Shown one piece after another: positions 48,576 through 57,616 of a stretch of DNA of 64,000 nucleotides. Under the pieces are notes generated by a model. The model saw only the letters and a program-made list of their open reading frames with translations, was not told the origin of the DNA and ran no database searches. Every line of letters starts with the position of its first letter. Positions within the stretch are counted from its first letter, which is position 1. The DNA is from an uncultured Bacteroidota bacterium (GTDB lineage: Bacteria; Bacteroidota; Bacteroidia; Bacteroidales; FEN-979): contig CALCGJ010000220.1 of the NCBI GenBank assembly GCA_937900965.1, forward strand, positions 8,418-72,417, read 5' to 3'. The position numbers and the translations under genes were made by a program.

Positions 48576-49631
48576 TCAACAGGTTCCGGTGAATAAATCC
48601 ACGATAATTTCTGCCGCATTTCCGTTCCCGAAAGCCTGTGACTGAGGACGTTTTGGAAGGGGGAGTTGAACAGCCCGGATTATTCGTTCGGGGTCGGTTG
48701 CTGTGATGGTGTTCCAGCCATCGTGAAGAGTCTCCACCCACTCAGTTTCCGTTCGTATTGTGATGCACGGAGTCCCAAGGAAGTATGCCTCTTTTTGAAG
48801 ACCACCTGAATCTGTAATAACTTTAGTGGCTTTCAGGATGAGAGATAGCATCATCAGGTACCCAACCGGATCTATCAACCGAAGGTTAGGAGGAATAGAG
48901 AAACGAGAAATGATTTTTTTTGTACGGGGATGGATAGGAAGTAATACTGGGTATGGGAGTTCACGGATCGCTTTCAGGATGTTTTCCATCTGTTGCGGGT
49001 GATCAGTATTTTCGGCCCGGTGGATAGTGGCCAGGAGAAAAACTTCCGGAAGATCCTGAACAGTAAAGGCAGCCGGATCTTTCTCCATAATTTCCCTGTA
49101 AAAGAGTACCGAATCATACATCACATCCCCTGTGAACCTGGTGGCCTTTTCCAGTCCCTCGTTGCGAAGGTTTGTCACGGCAGTTTGAGTAGGGGCAAAC
49201 AGTAGATCTGAGATCCTGTCGGTAACAATCCGGTTGATCTCTTCGGGCATGATTCTGTTAAAACTTCTTAGACCGGCTTCCACATGGGCGACAGGAATGT
49301 GAAGCTTGGTTGCTGCCAGAGCGCCTGCAATTGTTGAGTTGGTATCTCCATAGAGCAAGGTCCAGTCTGGTTTTTCTTTGAGCAGGACTGATTCAATTCC
49401 TTCGAGCATCTGTCCGGTTTGCCGTGCATGACTTCCAGATCCTACACCAAGGTTATAGTGAGGTTCCGGGATATTCAGCTCTTCGAAGAAAAGCCTGGAC
49501 ATATTTTCATCGTAATGCTGGCCGGTGTGGAGGATGACCTCTTCAACCTCGGGGCGAGACCCGATCACACGGGAGATAGTAGCGGCTTTGACAAACTGGG
49601 GGCGAGCCCCGATCACGGATACGACCTTCAT
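48576..49631 (-). CDS. wecB: UDP-N-acetylglucosamine 2-epimerase (non-hydrolysing)
   Basis: 351 aa with …GARPQFVK…, HTGQHYD, GDTNST.AGALAA.K and HVEAGLRS. Confidence 0.92.
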   Translation of the reverse strand: MKVVSVIGARPQFVKAATISRVIGSRPEVEEVILHTGQHYDENMSRLFFEELNIPEPHYNLGVGSGSHARQTGQMLEGIESVLLKEKPDWTLLYGDTNSTIAGALAATKLHIPVAHVEAGLRSFNRIMPEEINRIVTDRISDLLFAPTQTAVTNLRNEGLEKATRFTGDVMYDSVLFYREIMEKDPAAFTVQDLPEVFLLATIHRAENTDHPQQMENILKAIRELPYPVLLPIHPRTKKIISRFSIPPNLRLIDPVGYLMMLSLILKATKVITDSGGLQKEAYFLGTPCITIRTETEWVETLHDGWNTITATDPERIIRAVQLPLPKRPQSQAFGNGNAAEIIVDLFTGTC

Positions 49632-49654
49632 GTGGTACTAATTAGAAAAAAAAA

Positions 49655-50060
49655 CAGCAGTTCAGTAAGCAGGATTCTGTTTTAATCTGTCATTTATCTG
49701 AACCGGCCGTCACCGGACGGTTTTCGCGACCTACCCCTCCCGTCGCCTTGCAGCCCTGGCGAGCAGCCAGGTGACTTGCGTCAGCGGGATGTACATGGTC
49801 TTTCAACCCATGAGGTTTACCCATCCCGCATGTTACCATCCGGGATCGTGGTCTCTTACACCACGTTTTCACCCTGGCCCGTTTGGGCGACCCAACGGGT
49901 TGCTCAAGCAGGTGGTTATTTTCTGTGGCACTTGCTGTAATCCGGTTGCCCGGATCCCTTCCTGTTAGGAAGCATGGTGCTCTGTGTTGTCCCGACTTTC
50001 CTCCCCGGGGAGTAGTGTTCCACGGTATTCTGCTTCCCGGAGCGACAGAACGAACTGCTG
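49655..50060 (-). ncRNA. rnpB: RNase P RNA, bacterial type A
   Basis: On the minus strand the 5' CAGCAGTTCG pairs with the 3' CTGAACTGCTG to form P1. The conserved blocks GGGGAGGAAAGTCGGGAC, CAGGGTGAAAACGTGGTGTAAGAGACCAC, GGTAAACCTCATGGGTTGAAAGACC and ACAGAATCCTGCTTA are all present, and T9 follows the 3' end. The region carries overlapping ORFs in several frames, which is typical of a structured RNA. Confidence 0.9.
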
Positions 50061-50065
50061 ATGTG

Positions 50066-50073
50066 CAAAGATA
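50066..50073 (-). promoter_or_regulatory. -7 promoter box TATCTTTG for rnpB
   Basis: It is the reverse complement of caaagata. It ends 5 nt before the predicted P1 5' strand, which is consistent with the RNA 5' boundary. Confidence 0.5.
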
Positions 50074-50095
50074 GTACATATACCTGACAATTGTC

Positions 50096-50103
50096 TACCT
50101 TTG
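50096..50103 (+). promoter_or_regulatory. -7 promoter box TACCTTTG for the MATE gene
   Basis: TAnnTTTG match 17-20 nt upstream of the GTG/ATG at 50120/50123. Confidence 0.45.
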
Positions 50104-50119
50104 AACCCCTCCACAACAT

Positions 50120-51484
50120 GTGATGAAAGATTTAAGCAAAGGGGCCGAAGGAAAACTGATATTCAAATTTGCCGTACCGATGTTGCTTGGAAATATATTC
50201 CAGCAACTCTATAATGTGGTGGATACTGTCATTGTAGGCAAGTTTATAGGAAATGAAGCTCTTGCCGCCGTGGGGACATCCTTCCCGATTATTTTCATGC
50301 TGATCTCATTCATCATTGGGATTACGATGGGGTTTACCATCATCATTTCACAATATTTCGGGGCAAAGGATATGGAGAGTGTGAAGAAGGCGATTAACAC
50401 CCTCTACATTTTTGTCTTTTTTGCCTCAATCATAGTCAGTGTGGCAGGTAGTTTGTTGAGCGGTTGGATATTCAGGCTGGTTGACCTTCCCGAGCAGATC
50501 ATTCCACAGGCTCAGATGTTTCTTATCATCTATTTTTCGGGCATGATTTTTTTGTTCGGATACAACGGGACGAGCGCAATATTACGTGGGGTGGGTGATT
50601 CTAAAACTCCTCTCTACTTCCTGATAGGATCGGTATCATTGAATATACTGCTAGACCTGCTGTTTGTGATTGGCTTTGGCTGGGGGATAAAAGGTGTGGC
50701 TTTTGCCACCGTAATCTCCCAGGCATTTGCTTTCCTGGCACAGATACTATACCTGAACAGATACCACAGTTTCCTGAGGTTTTCAATCCGGGAACTTAAA
50801 TTCGACCGTCGGATATTTAACCAGGGGATCCGGATTGGTTTACCAACGGGCTTCCAACAGACTTTTGTAGCTGCCGGGATGCTTGCCCTGTACTGGATTG
50901 TGAATCAGTTTGGATTGGTAGCCAATGCCGCTTACAGTGCAGCTGGTCGGATTGACATGTTTGCGGTGATGCCTGCCATGAGCTTCAGCGCTGCACTGAG
51001 TACGTTTGTCGGTCAAAACCTCGGAGCCAACAGGCCCGACCGGGTGAAACGGGGACTTCGTGACACGATCCTCATGACCTTTGGGTTTGCACTGACTATT
51101 TCCGTTGTGACTGTGTTTTTTGGCAGATACCTGATGATGATGTTTTCCAACGACCCGGAGGTGATTGAGCTTGGAAGGATGTACCTGATGATTGTCGGAT
51201 CATTTTATATTCTTTTCACGACAATGTTCATCATTAACGGGGTTTTACGTGGTGCCGGAGATACCTTCATCCCGATGATAATAACGTTGCTGGCGCTATG
51301 GGCGGTGAGGGTTCCCATAGCCTACCTGCTTTCCAGGTCACCGGAAATCGGATTGTACGGTGTATTCTGGTCGATTCCGGCCGGATGGTTTACCGGGGTT
51401 GTTCTTGCAACCCTATATTATCTTTCGGGTCGGTGGAAGAGTAAGGCTGTGGTTCGGTATAATGCAGAAGGGAAGAGGGTATGA
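50120..51484 (+). CDS. MATE-family efflux transporter
   Basis: 454 aa with 12 TM segments and the N-terminal …P.L.GN..QQLYN.VDT..VG… motif. The start may be the ATG at 50123. Confidence 0.9.
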   Translation: MMKDLSKGAEGKLIFKFAVPMLLGNIFQQLYNVVDTVIVGKFIGNEALAAVGTSFPIIFMLISFIIGITMGFTIIISQYFGAKDMESVKKAINTLYIFVFFASIIVSVAGSLLSGWIFRLVDLPEQIIPQAQMFLIIYFSGMIFLFGYNGTSAILRGVGDSKTPLYFLIGSVSLNILLDLLFVIGFGWGIKGVAFATVISQAFAFLAQILYLNRYHSFLRFSIRELKFDRRIFNQGIRIGLPTGFQQTFVAAGMLALYWIVNQFGLVANAAYSAAGRIDMFAVMPAMSFSAALSTFVGQNLGANRPDRVKRGLRDTILMTFGFALTISVVTVFFGRYLMMMFSNDPEVIELGRMYLMIVGSFYILFTTMFIINGVLRGAGDTFIPMIITLLALWAVRVPIAYLLSRSPEIGLYGVFWSIPAGWFTGVVLATLYYLSGRWKSKAVVRYNAEGKRV

Positions 51485-51486
51485 GG

Positions 51487-51534
51487 GTGTGAGAGTGTGA
51501 GAGTAAGAAGGTAGGGAGGTAGGGAGGTAATCTA
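51487..51534. repeat. Six tandem C-poor octamers (GTGTGAGA x2, GTAAGAAG, GTAGGGAG x2, GTAATCTA)
   Basis: Read directly. The array starts 3 nt after the MATE stop codon and shares the GTAGGGAG unit with the array at 4405-4460. Confidence 0.9.
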
Positions 51535-51544
51535 TGGCAATCCA

Positions 51545-52849
51545 CTATTGTGAGATTATACGGTCCAGGACATTTGCCAGTTGTTCGGTCAATTTTTTAC
51601 GGGAGTAGGCTTCTATATTTATGCTTTCCGAATGTAAATCACCATTTTGATATCGGTTATAGTAGTCGAGGATGTGTTTCTCCACAGTTTTTATATCTCC
51701 ATGATCTGATATCAGTCCTGATTTGGTATCATGAAGAATCGCGGCAGCATCTCCGTTCAGTGGCCCAAGGCAAAGAATAGGACGTCGGGCAGCCAGGTAC
51801 TCGAAAAACTTTCCAGTCAGGATCATCTTAGCATTGGGCGTATTATTTATAATCAACAGGAGTACCTGGGATTGGCGCTGGGCGATCACTACCTGATTGT
51901 GTGGCAGATAAGGGATACGTTTTACATACTGTGTGAGACCATAGACCTCCAGCGATTCTGTTACTGTGTGGTCTATCTTCCCGATCAGTTTTATCTCCAG
52001 ATCTTTTGCAAGATCCTTTTGAGTGGATAGCAGATTTTGCAAAGCGGCCCAGAGTGATGCAGGATTTCTGGTGCTTACAAGTGTTCCTATATGGGCAATG
52101 GAGAACTTCTTATCCATTTCAGGAGCCGGGGCGGTTAAGATATCATCAGCATCGTACCCATTCGTTATGACGTCATAATTTCTCAGAACGATACGGTTGA
52201 AATCAGTTGCCATCGTGTTGCTGATTACGGATACAGCTGTGGCATCTTTCAGGACAGTTTTTTCCAATCGCTGGTGTTCCCTGTCAGCGGAAGCAGTTAA
52301 CTTAAGATCCTTATAGAAATCGATATTGGTCCATGGATCCCTGAAATCTGCCAGCCAGGGGAGATTGAGTTGTTTCGCAAGTTTCCAGGCTATTAAATGC
52401 ATTGAGTGTGGCGGTCCGGTGGAGGCTATCGCATCAACCTGATTGGTTGCAAGGTATTTTCGGAGGACCCGAACTGAAGGTTTGATCCAGAATTTCCGGG
52501 CATCCGGGATGAAAAAATTTCCCCTTATCCAGACTGATATGTTTTCCAGCAACCTGTTTTGCCGTTTCTCCGAAAGGAATGCGGCATTGATCTTCTCCTC
52601 TTTCTTTCTGCCAATCACCTTTTTATAGGAATTATATGGCTCCCAGATTGGGTGACGCAGTATAGTAACCTGATCGGGGATGTCTTTCTGCAGAGAGTTG
52701 TCCAACTCGGGGTATTCAGGGTTATCGGGGATATACAAAACCGGCTCCCAGTTGAATTCCCGCAGATATTTCACGAACTTCAACCAGCGTTGTACCCCGG
52801 CTCCTCCACTTGGGGGCCAATAATAAGTAATTACCAGTACTTTATTCAT
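51545..52849 (-). CDS. Glycosyltransferase (GT-B fold, GT4-like)
   Basis: The N-terminus reads MNKVLVITYYWPPSGGAGVQR… The ATG at 52849 makes an ATGA overlap with the YfhO stop, so I prefer it to the track start at 52864. Confidence 0.8.
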   Translation of the reverse strand: MNKVLVITYYWPPSGGAGVQRWLKFVKYLREFNWEPVLYIPDNPEYPELDNSLQKDIPDQVTILRHPIWEPYNSYKKVIGRKKEEKINAAFLSEKRQNRLLENISVWIRGNFFIPDARKFWIKPSVRVLRKYLATNQVDAIASTGPPHSMHLIAWKLAKQLNLPWLADFRDPWTNIDFYKDLKLTASADREHQRLEKTVLKDATAVSVISNTMATDFNRIVLRNYDVITNGYDADDILTAPAPEMDKKFSIAHIGTLVSTRNPASLWAALQNLLSTQKDLAKDLEIKLIGKIDHTVTESLEVYGLTQYVKRIPYLPHNQVVIAQRQSQVLLLIINNTPNAKMILTGKFFEYLAARRPILCLGPLNGDAAAILHDTKSGLISDHGDIKTVEKHILDYYNRYQNGDLHSESINIEAYSRKKLTEQLANVLDRIISQ

Positions 52850-55293
52850 TCTGCGGTTTTCCATGCCTTCCGGGCTTCCAGCACACCGAGGAGTATGATC
52901 AAAATAAGCAGTGTAATGGAGCTGATCAGGGAGATTTTTTCTCCAACCACATAAACATCAGGCTGAAATTTGAATTCCAGTTGATGAAGTCCGGCAGGTA
53001 GAACCATAGCTCTGAGTACAAAATTTGCACGGAAGTGAGGGGTAAGCTCTCCATCAACAAAGGCATCCCATCCTTTGGGATAATATATCTCGGAAAAGAC
53101 TGCCAAACCATCTTTGTCTGTTTTGTATTCGTATGTCAAAGCGTTTGGAGCGTAAGAGGTCAGTTCAATATAGTCGGTTGAATCTCTTGCCGGTGTAAAA
53201 GATGCAAGAGTACTTTCAAACCGTTTGTCGATGATCGCTGTATCTGCAGGACTAAATATTGAGATGGCGGCCATCTCCTGGTCGGCATTGTCAACGAGAT
53301 CAAACCCTTCAACAAACCAGGCATGCCCAAGAGCATCAAAGTTGCGTTGAGCCTGGGGTATCCGGTCCTCTCCCGGAAGGATGAAGTATTTGGCATTGAG
53401 CATATTCAGAACGCTCATGTTATTTTTGGCGATTTGATTCTCTATCAGCTCCTGGTAGCGCCTTAGCTTGGCTCCGTGATATCCGCCGATACTCTTGTGG
53501 AAATAAGAGGTGCTGGCATCGTTGAAGGTGTTGACACTCAGGTTGAAAACCCTGAAATCAGGATCGGGATCCTGAAGAATATCCTGATCAGCCTTAGTGG
53601 GTGCAAAGGGTACTTCAACTTTGGCTTTTGCGACAAAGCTGTCATTGTTCAGGTATCTTTTGCTGATCACAAACATATCCAGCAAAATCAGCGCACCCAG
53701 GATGATATACACATAACTTTTCTTCAGTTTGCTGAAGAGGAATGCCCAGAGGAGGGCTGCCGCCAGAATAATAAAAGCGAAGGAACGAAGTGCATCGAGG
53801 CGGACAACCCTGGCCCGATCATCACGAATAGCCTGCATCATCCAGTCGGGAAACTGGTAATTTTGCTGGATTGCGGCATCACCCGGACCGGAGAAACTCA
53901 GTAATAGGCCGGGCATAATAACAAACAGCAGTGCCAGCCCACCGGCGATGCCAAGTGCAATTTGAAGTGATTTAAATAGTTTCTTCTGATCCAGATGCTT
54001 CTCAAAAAGTACTTTCAGGGCTAACAGAGCCAGAAGTGGCATTGCCACTTCCGGTATCACCAATGCCATTGAAACACCTCGGAACTTGTTGTAGCCAGGG
54101 ACATATTCCATGAAGAATTCGGTGAAGGCCATGAAATTGTGGCCCCATGCGAGGAGAATACCGAGCACTGTTACAGAAAGCAACCACCATTTTAACGAAC
54201 CTCTCACAATGATCAACCCAAGAATAAACAGGAAAAAAACAATTGCTCCTACATACACCGGGCCAGCAACAGATGGTTGATTCCCCCAATAAAGAAATGG
54301 AAGTGGATATTTTGTGAATTGCGAAATCTGATTCTGCGGGACATTATTCTCTCTCAGGGCTTTAACAATGGCAGAATTTTCACTGATCTTTTCTGCAGAT
54401 GCTCCCCCATAAAAGTTGGGGATAAACAGGGTCATTGTTTCACCAATCCCATAACTCCATTGTGTAGCATAGTCTTTATCCAGTCCTGTTGTTTTGTTGT
54501 CCAGATCATTGGTAAGTTCAGACTTTCCGCGGATTGTATCCTTGCCATACTCCCAGGTCGCCCAGAGGGTGGCTATATTGGTCAGGACGGCAAATGCGGC
54601 AGCAATCACAAGAACACTTATCGAAAGAAATAACCGGGCAACCCGTTTCTGGCGTATGGCAAAGATCAATTCAAAAAGCCCCAGGAGCATAACCATAAGG
54701 ACAAGATAATAGGTGATCTGAGGATGATTCGCCTTGATCTCGAGAGAGAGGAATATGGCAGTCAGTATCCCGCCAAGGATATATTTTCGTCTCAACGTTA
54801 GAATGATCCCGGCAAGTACCGGGGCGATATAAGCAATTGCATGGGCTTTTGAGTTATGCCCGACATCAATGATTATGAAGAAGTAGGAGGAGAGGGCAAA
54901 CGCGATAGCACCGGCAATTGCTAGCCATGGATCAACTTTCAACACCATCAGCAGGATAAAGAACCCTATGAAATAAAGAAATACAATATTGGACGGATGA
55001 GGGAGCCCAAGGGAAAGAATTTTATCGAAATACCCCAGGAGATTTCCTTTGTACACAACGGAAATTTGGTAGGCAGGCATCCCTCCAAACATAGAGTTTG
55101 TCCATAATGGTTCTGTATTTGTTTCCTCCCTGAAATCGACGATCTCTTTAGACATCCCGGTGAACTGCATGATGTCAGATTGCTGGATTTGCTTGCCATC
55201 TATCAAGGGGCTGAAATAGATCAGCGTGATCACCAGAAAAACCAGTACAGCAGTGACGTAAGGATAGAGGGTTTTGTAATCAAACTTTTTCAT
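52846..55293 (-). CDS. YfhO-family polytopic membrane protein (putative glycosyl carrier-dependent transferase)
   Basis: About 815 aa with many TM helices and a large C-terminal extracytoplasmic domain. It shares the N-terminal pattern of YfhO proteins. I prefer the start MKKFDYK… at 55293. Confidence 0.75.
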   Translation of the reverse strand: MKKFDYKTLYPYVTAVLVFLVITLIYFSPLIDGKQIQQSDIMQFTGMSKEIVDFREETNTEPLWTNSMFGGMPAYQISVVYKGNLLGYFDKILSLGLPHPSNIVFLYFIGFFILLMVLKVDPWLAIAGAIAFALSSYFFIIIDVGHNSKAHAIAYIAPVLAGIILTLRRKYILGGILTAIFLSLEIKANHPQITYYLVLMVMLLGLFELIFAIRQKRVARLFLSISVLVIAAAFAVLTNIATLWATWEYGKDTIRGKSELTNDLDNKTTGLDKDYATQWSYGIGETMTLFIPNFYGGASAEKISENSAIVKALRENNVPQNQISQFTKYPLPFLYWGNQPSVAGPVYVGAIVFFLFILGLIIVRGSLKWWLLSVTVLGILLAWGHNFMAFTEFFMEYVPGYNKFRGVSMALVIPEVAMPLLALLALKVLFEKHLDQKKLFKSLQIALGIAGGLALLFVIMPGLLLSFSGPGDAAIQQNYQFPDWMMQAIRDDRARVVRLDALRSFAFIILAAALLWAFLFSKLKKSYVYIILGALILLDMFVISKRYLNNDSFVAKAKVEVPFAPTKADQDILQDPDPDFRVFNLSVNTFNDASTSYFHKSIGGYHGAKLRRYQELIENQIAKNNMSVLNMLNAKYFILPGEDRIPQAQRNFDALGHAWFVEGFDLVDNADQEMAAISIFSPADTAIIDKRFESTLASFTPARDSTDYIELTSYAPNALTYEYKTDKDGLAVFSEIYYPKGWDAFVDGELTPHFRANFVLRAMVLPAGLHQLEFKFQPDVYVVGEKISLISSITLLILIILLGVLEARKAWKTAE

Positions 55294-55378
55294 GGGGGTA
55301 TGTTTATCAGATTGGTGGAAATAAAAAAAGAAGATCATATTTCAAATCTTCTTTCTCTACAAAGGTGGGTAAAAAAAA

Positions 55379-55540
55379 TTAATTCTTATCCAACTTTTCG
55401 TCTGATACGGTCAATTTCTTTCTTCCTTTAGCCCTTCTGGCCAGAATAATCTTTCTCCCGTTTGCAGTGGCCATCCGTTCCCGGAAACCGTGTTTATTCT
55501 TCCTTTTCCTCTTTGAGGGCTGATATGTAGGTTGTGCCAT
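55379..55540 (-). CDS. rpmH: 50S ribosomal protein L34
   Basis: It is not in the ORF track, being under 60 aa. The minus-strand translation is [53 protein letters not shown], a textbook L34. Confidence 0.93.
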   Translation of the reverse strand: MAQPTYQPSKRKRKNKHGFRERMATANGRKIILARRAKGRKKLTVSDEKLDKN

Positions 55541-55560
55541 GATAACTTAATTTTGGGCTG

Positions 55561-55568
55561 CAAAAATA
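55561..55568 (-). promoter_or_regulatory. -7 promoter box TATTTTTG for rpmH
   Basis: It is the reverse complement of caaaaata, about 21 nt upstream of the ATG. Confidence 0.45.
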
Positions 55569-55632
55569 AGAAGATTTATCCGAAGTTCAAAACAATGAAC
55601 TTAAAATATTATGAGATCATTGACCTGTTCTG

Positions 55633-57090
55633 TTACTTTACCGGGATATCTTTCAGGGTTTCAACGAGGAAGTCCCAGAATTTAGCCACGGATTCGATGT
55701 TCACTTTCTCATCAGGAGAGTGCGGGAAACGAATAGTTGGACCAAAGGAGATCATATCCCAGTTCGGGTAGGCGCCACCAAGAATTCCGCATTCCAGTCC
55801 GGCATGAATCGCCCTGATTTCCGGCACCTTCCCGAATTTTTTCTCGTAAACTCCCAACATAGTCTTCAGGATAGGAGATCCTGGATTGGGTTTCCAGCCC
55901 TGATACTGGCCGTCAAACATGATATTGGCACCGGCCAGTTCAAACACCGACTGCATCATCTGTTCGAGGTCAGTCTTGGCTGAGTCGACAGAGCTTCTCA
56001 TCAGGGCTTGCAATTTGATCTCATTGTTTGTTGACTTAACGATGGCCAGGTTGGTGGAGGTTTCTACCAGCCCTTGCATCTCATTGCTCATGCGTATCAC
56101 GCCATTGGGGCATGCGTAAATCGCATTAAAGAGATTACGCTGGGTTTTTTCATCAACGAGGGCATCTGGTGCTGGAACCGGATCAACCAGGATGGTCAGG
56201 TCGGGTTCTACTGCTGAAAGCTCTTTTTTAGCATCGGTTGTGAATTCTTTTACATATTTCAGGAATTCATCTTTTTTCTGTTCCGGTACCACTACAATAG
56301 AAAACGATTCCCGTGGTATTGCATTCCGCAGACTTCCTCCGTCGATACTGGCAAGCCTTAATCCGTAGTTTCTTTCCGAAACCCACATCAGGCGGTTCAG
56401 GATTTTGTTGGAATTACCCCGTCCAAGTGGAATATCCAGCCCACTATGCCCGCCTTTCAATCCTTTGACGGTAAGTTTATAGGCCGTCATACCTGCTGGC
56501 ACGGGTGTTCCTTCATAACTGAAGCTGGCATTGGCGTTGGTTCCACCGGCACATCCTATATATAGTTCACCTTCGTCTTCCGAATCCATATTGAGTAAGA
56601 TATCACCCTGGATTACTCCGGATTTAAGTCCAAAAGCGCCGGTCATACCGGTCTCTTCATCTATCGTGAACAGACCTTCAATAAGGCCGTGCTGGAGATC
56701 TTTGGCAGCCAATACTGCCATAGCAGCAGCAACCCCGATCCCATTGTCCGACCCAAGTGTGGTGCCATCAGCTTTCACCCAGTCACCATCCACATATGGT
56801 TTTAGTGGATCTTTTACAAAGTCGTGGTTGGTATCTTCATTTTTCTGGGGAACCATATCGAGATGGGCCTGGAGGATTACCCCTTTACGGTTCTCCATTC
56901 CTGATGTTGCTGGTTTGCGGATGATGACATTACCAACCTCATCAACAATGGTCTCAAGTCCATGTTCCTTGCCGAAATCAATAACATATTGACTAACCTT
57001 CTCTTCGTGTTTGGAAGGCCGGGGGATTTGGGTCAGTTCGTAAAAATATTTCCAGAGAGACTGGGGTTGCAGGGTTAACAGTTTGCTCAT
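55633..57090 (-). CDS. pepD: Aminoacyl-histidine (Xaa-His) dipeptidase, M20 family
   Basis: 485 aa with …PRPS..E….., LQAHLDMV, GTTLG.DNGIG and DEE.GM.GA. Confidence 0.92.
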   Translation of the reverse strand: MSKLLTLQPQSLWKYFYELTQIPRPSKHEEKVSQYVIDFGKEHGLETIVDEVGNVIIRKPATSGMENRKGVILQAHLDMVPQKNEDTNHDFVKDPLKPYVDGDWVKADGTTLGSDNGIGVAAAMAVLAAKDLQHGLIEGLFTIDEETGMTGAFGLKSGVIQGDILLNMDSEDEGELYIGCAGGTNANASFSYEGTPVPAGMTAYKLTVKGLKGGHSGLDIPLGRGNSNKILNRLMWVSERNYGLRLASIDGGSLRNAIPRESFSIVVVPEQKKDEFLKYVKEFTTDAKKELSAVEPDLTILVDPVPAPDALVDEKTQRNLFNAIYACPNGVIRMSNEMQGLVETSTNLAIVKSTNNEIKLQALMRSSVDSAKTDLEQMMQSVFELAGANIMFDGQYQGWKPNPGSPILKTMLGVYEKKFGKVPEIRAIHAGLECGILGGAYPNWDMISFGPTIRFPHSPDEKVNIESVAKFWDFLVETLKDIPVK

Positions 57091-57132
57091 AATTGTATTA
57101 ATTTATTTGATGATTGATATTGTAATGCTTTA

Positions 57133-57172
57133 AATGGTGAAATGGTGAATTGGAGAGTTAGTGAGTTAAGCT
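57133..57172. repeat. Five tandem octamers (AATGGTGA x2, ATTGGAGA, GTTAGTGA, GTTAAGCT)
   Basis: Read directly, and C-free on the + strand. It lies between the PqqD-like gene stop and the pepD start. Confidence 0.9.
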
Positions 57173-57219
57173 TTCATGGGAATTAACGATGTAAAAGTAG
57201 GAATATTATGTATTAGGTT

Positions 57220-57612
57220 TTAAGGAGTCTCTTTCTGTAGTTGTTGAAAAGAAATGAAACGTTGCTGGTACAATACAGACATAAACGTATTGACCCGTTC
57301 TGCTGTTTCAGATAGTGGATCCAGTTTCTCGGGATACTTCTGTTCCAATTCATCGCAGATTGTTTGAACAGGCTTTGTCCCATCTATCAGTAGCCATGCA
57401 GAAGACCCAAACTCGTCGAGTTTGATCCGGATGAGTTGCTCTTTATTCAACGAGGCCAGAAAATTAGCTAACCAGCTCCTCCTGAAACGTGGGAGGAGGA
57501 TATTCAGTTTTCCCTCCTCCCGTTCCTCATGGTTCAACAGGCGTATTGGGACCAGGTCCAAGGCACTTGTATGTTTCAAAATACTTCTGCGTTTCAGAAA
57601 GCTGACTTCCAT
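57220..57612 (-). CDS. PqqD-family (RRE-like) small protein with an N-terminal extension
   Basis: The C-terminal ~70 aa (…IKLDEFGSSAWLLIDGTKPVQTICDELEQKY…ERVNTFMSVLYQQRFISF) fit the PqqD pattern. The start MEVSF… at 57612 lies 4 nt after the OPT stop, whereas the track start at 57648 overlaps OPT. Confidence 0.65.
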   Translation of the reverse strand: MEVSFLKRRSILKHTSALDLVPIRLLNHEEREEGKLNILLPRFRRSWLANFLASLNKEQLIRIKLDEFGSSAWLLIDGTKPVQTICDELEQKYPEKLDPLSETAERVNTFMSVLYQQRFISFQQLQKETP

Positions 57613-57616
57613 ATAA

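Noticed and set aside
49690-50119. Four overlapping track ORFs (129, 65, 63 and 67 aa) in a GC-rich patch
   Set aside because: The region is the RNase P RNA (rnpB). The ORFs overlap in several frames, have Arg/Pro/Gly/Cys-rich composition and resemble no protein family.
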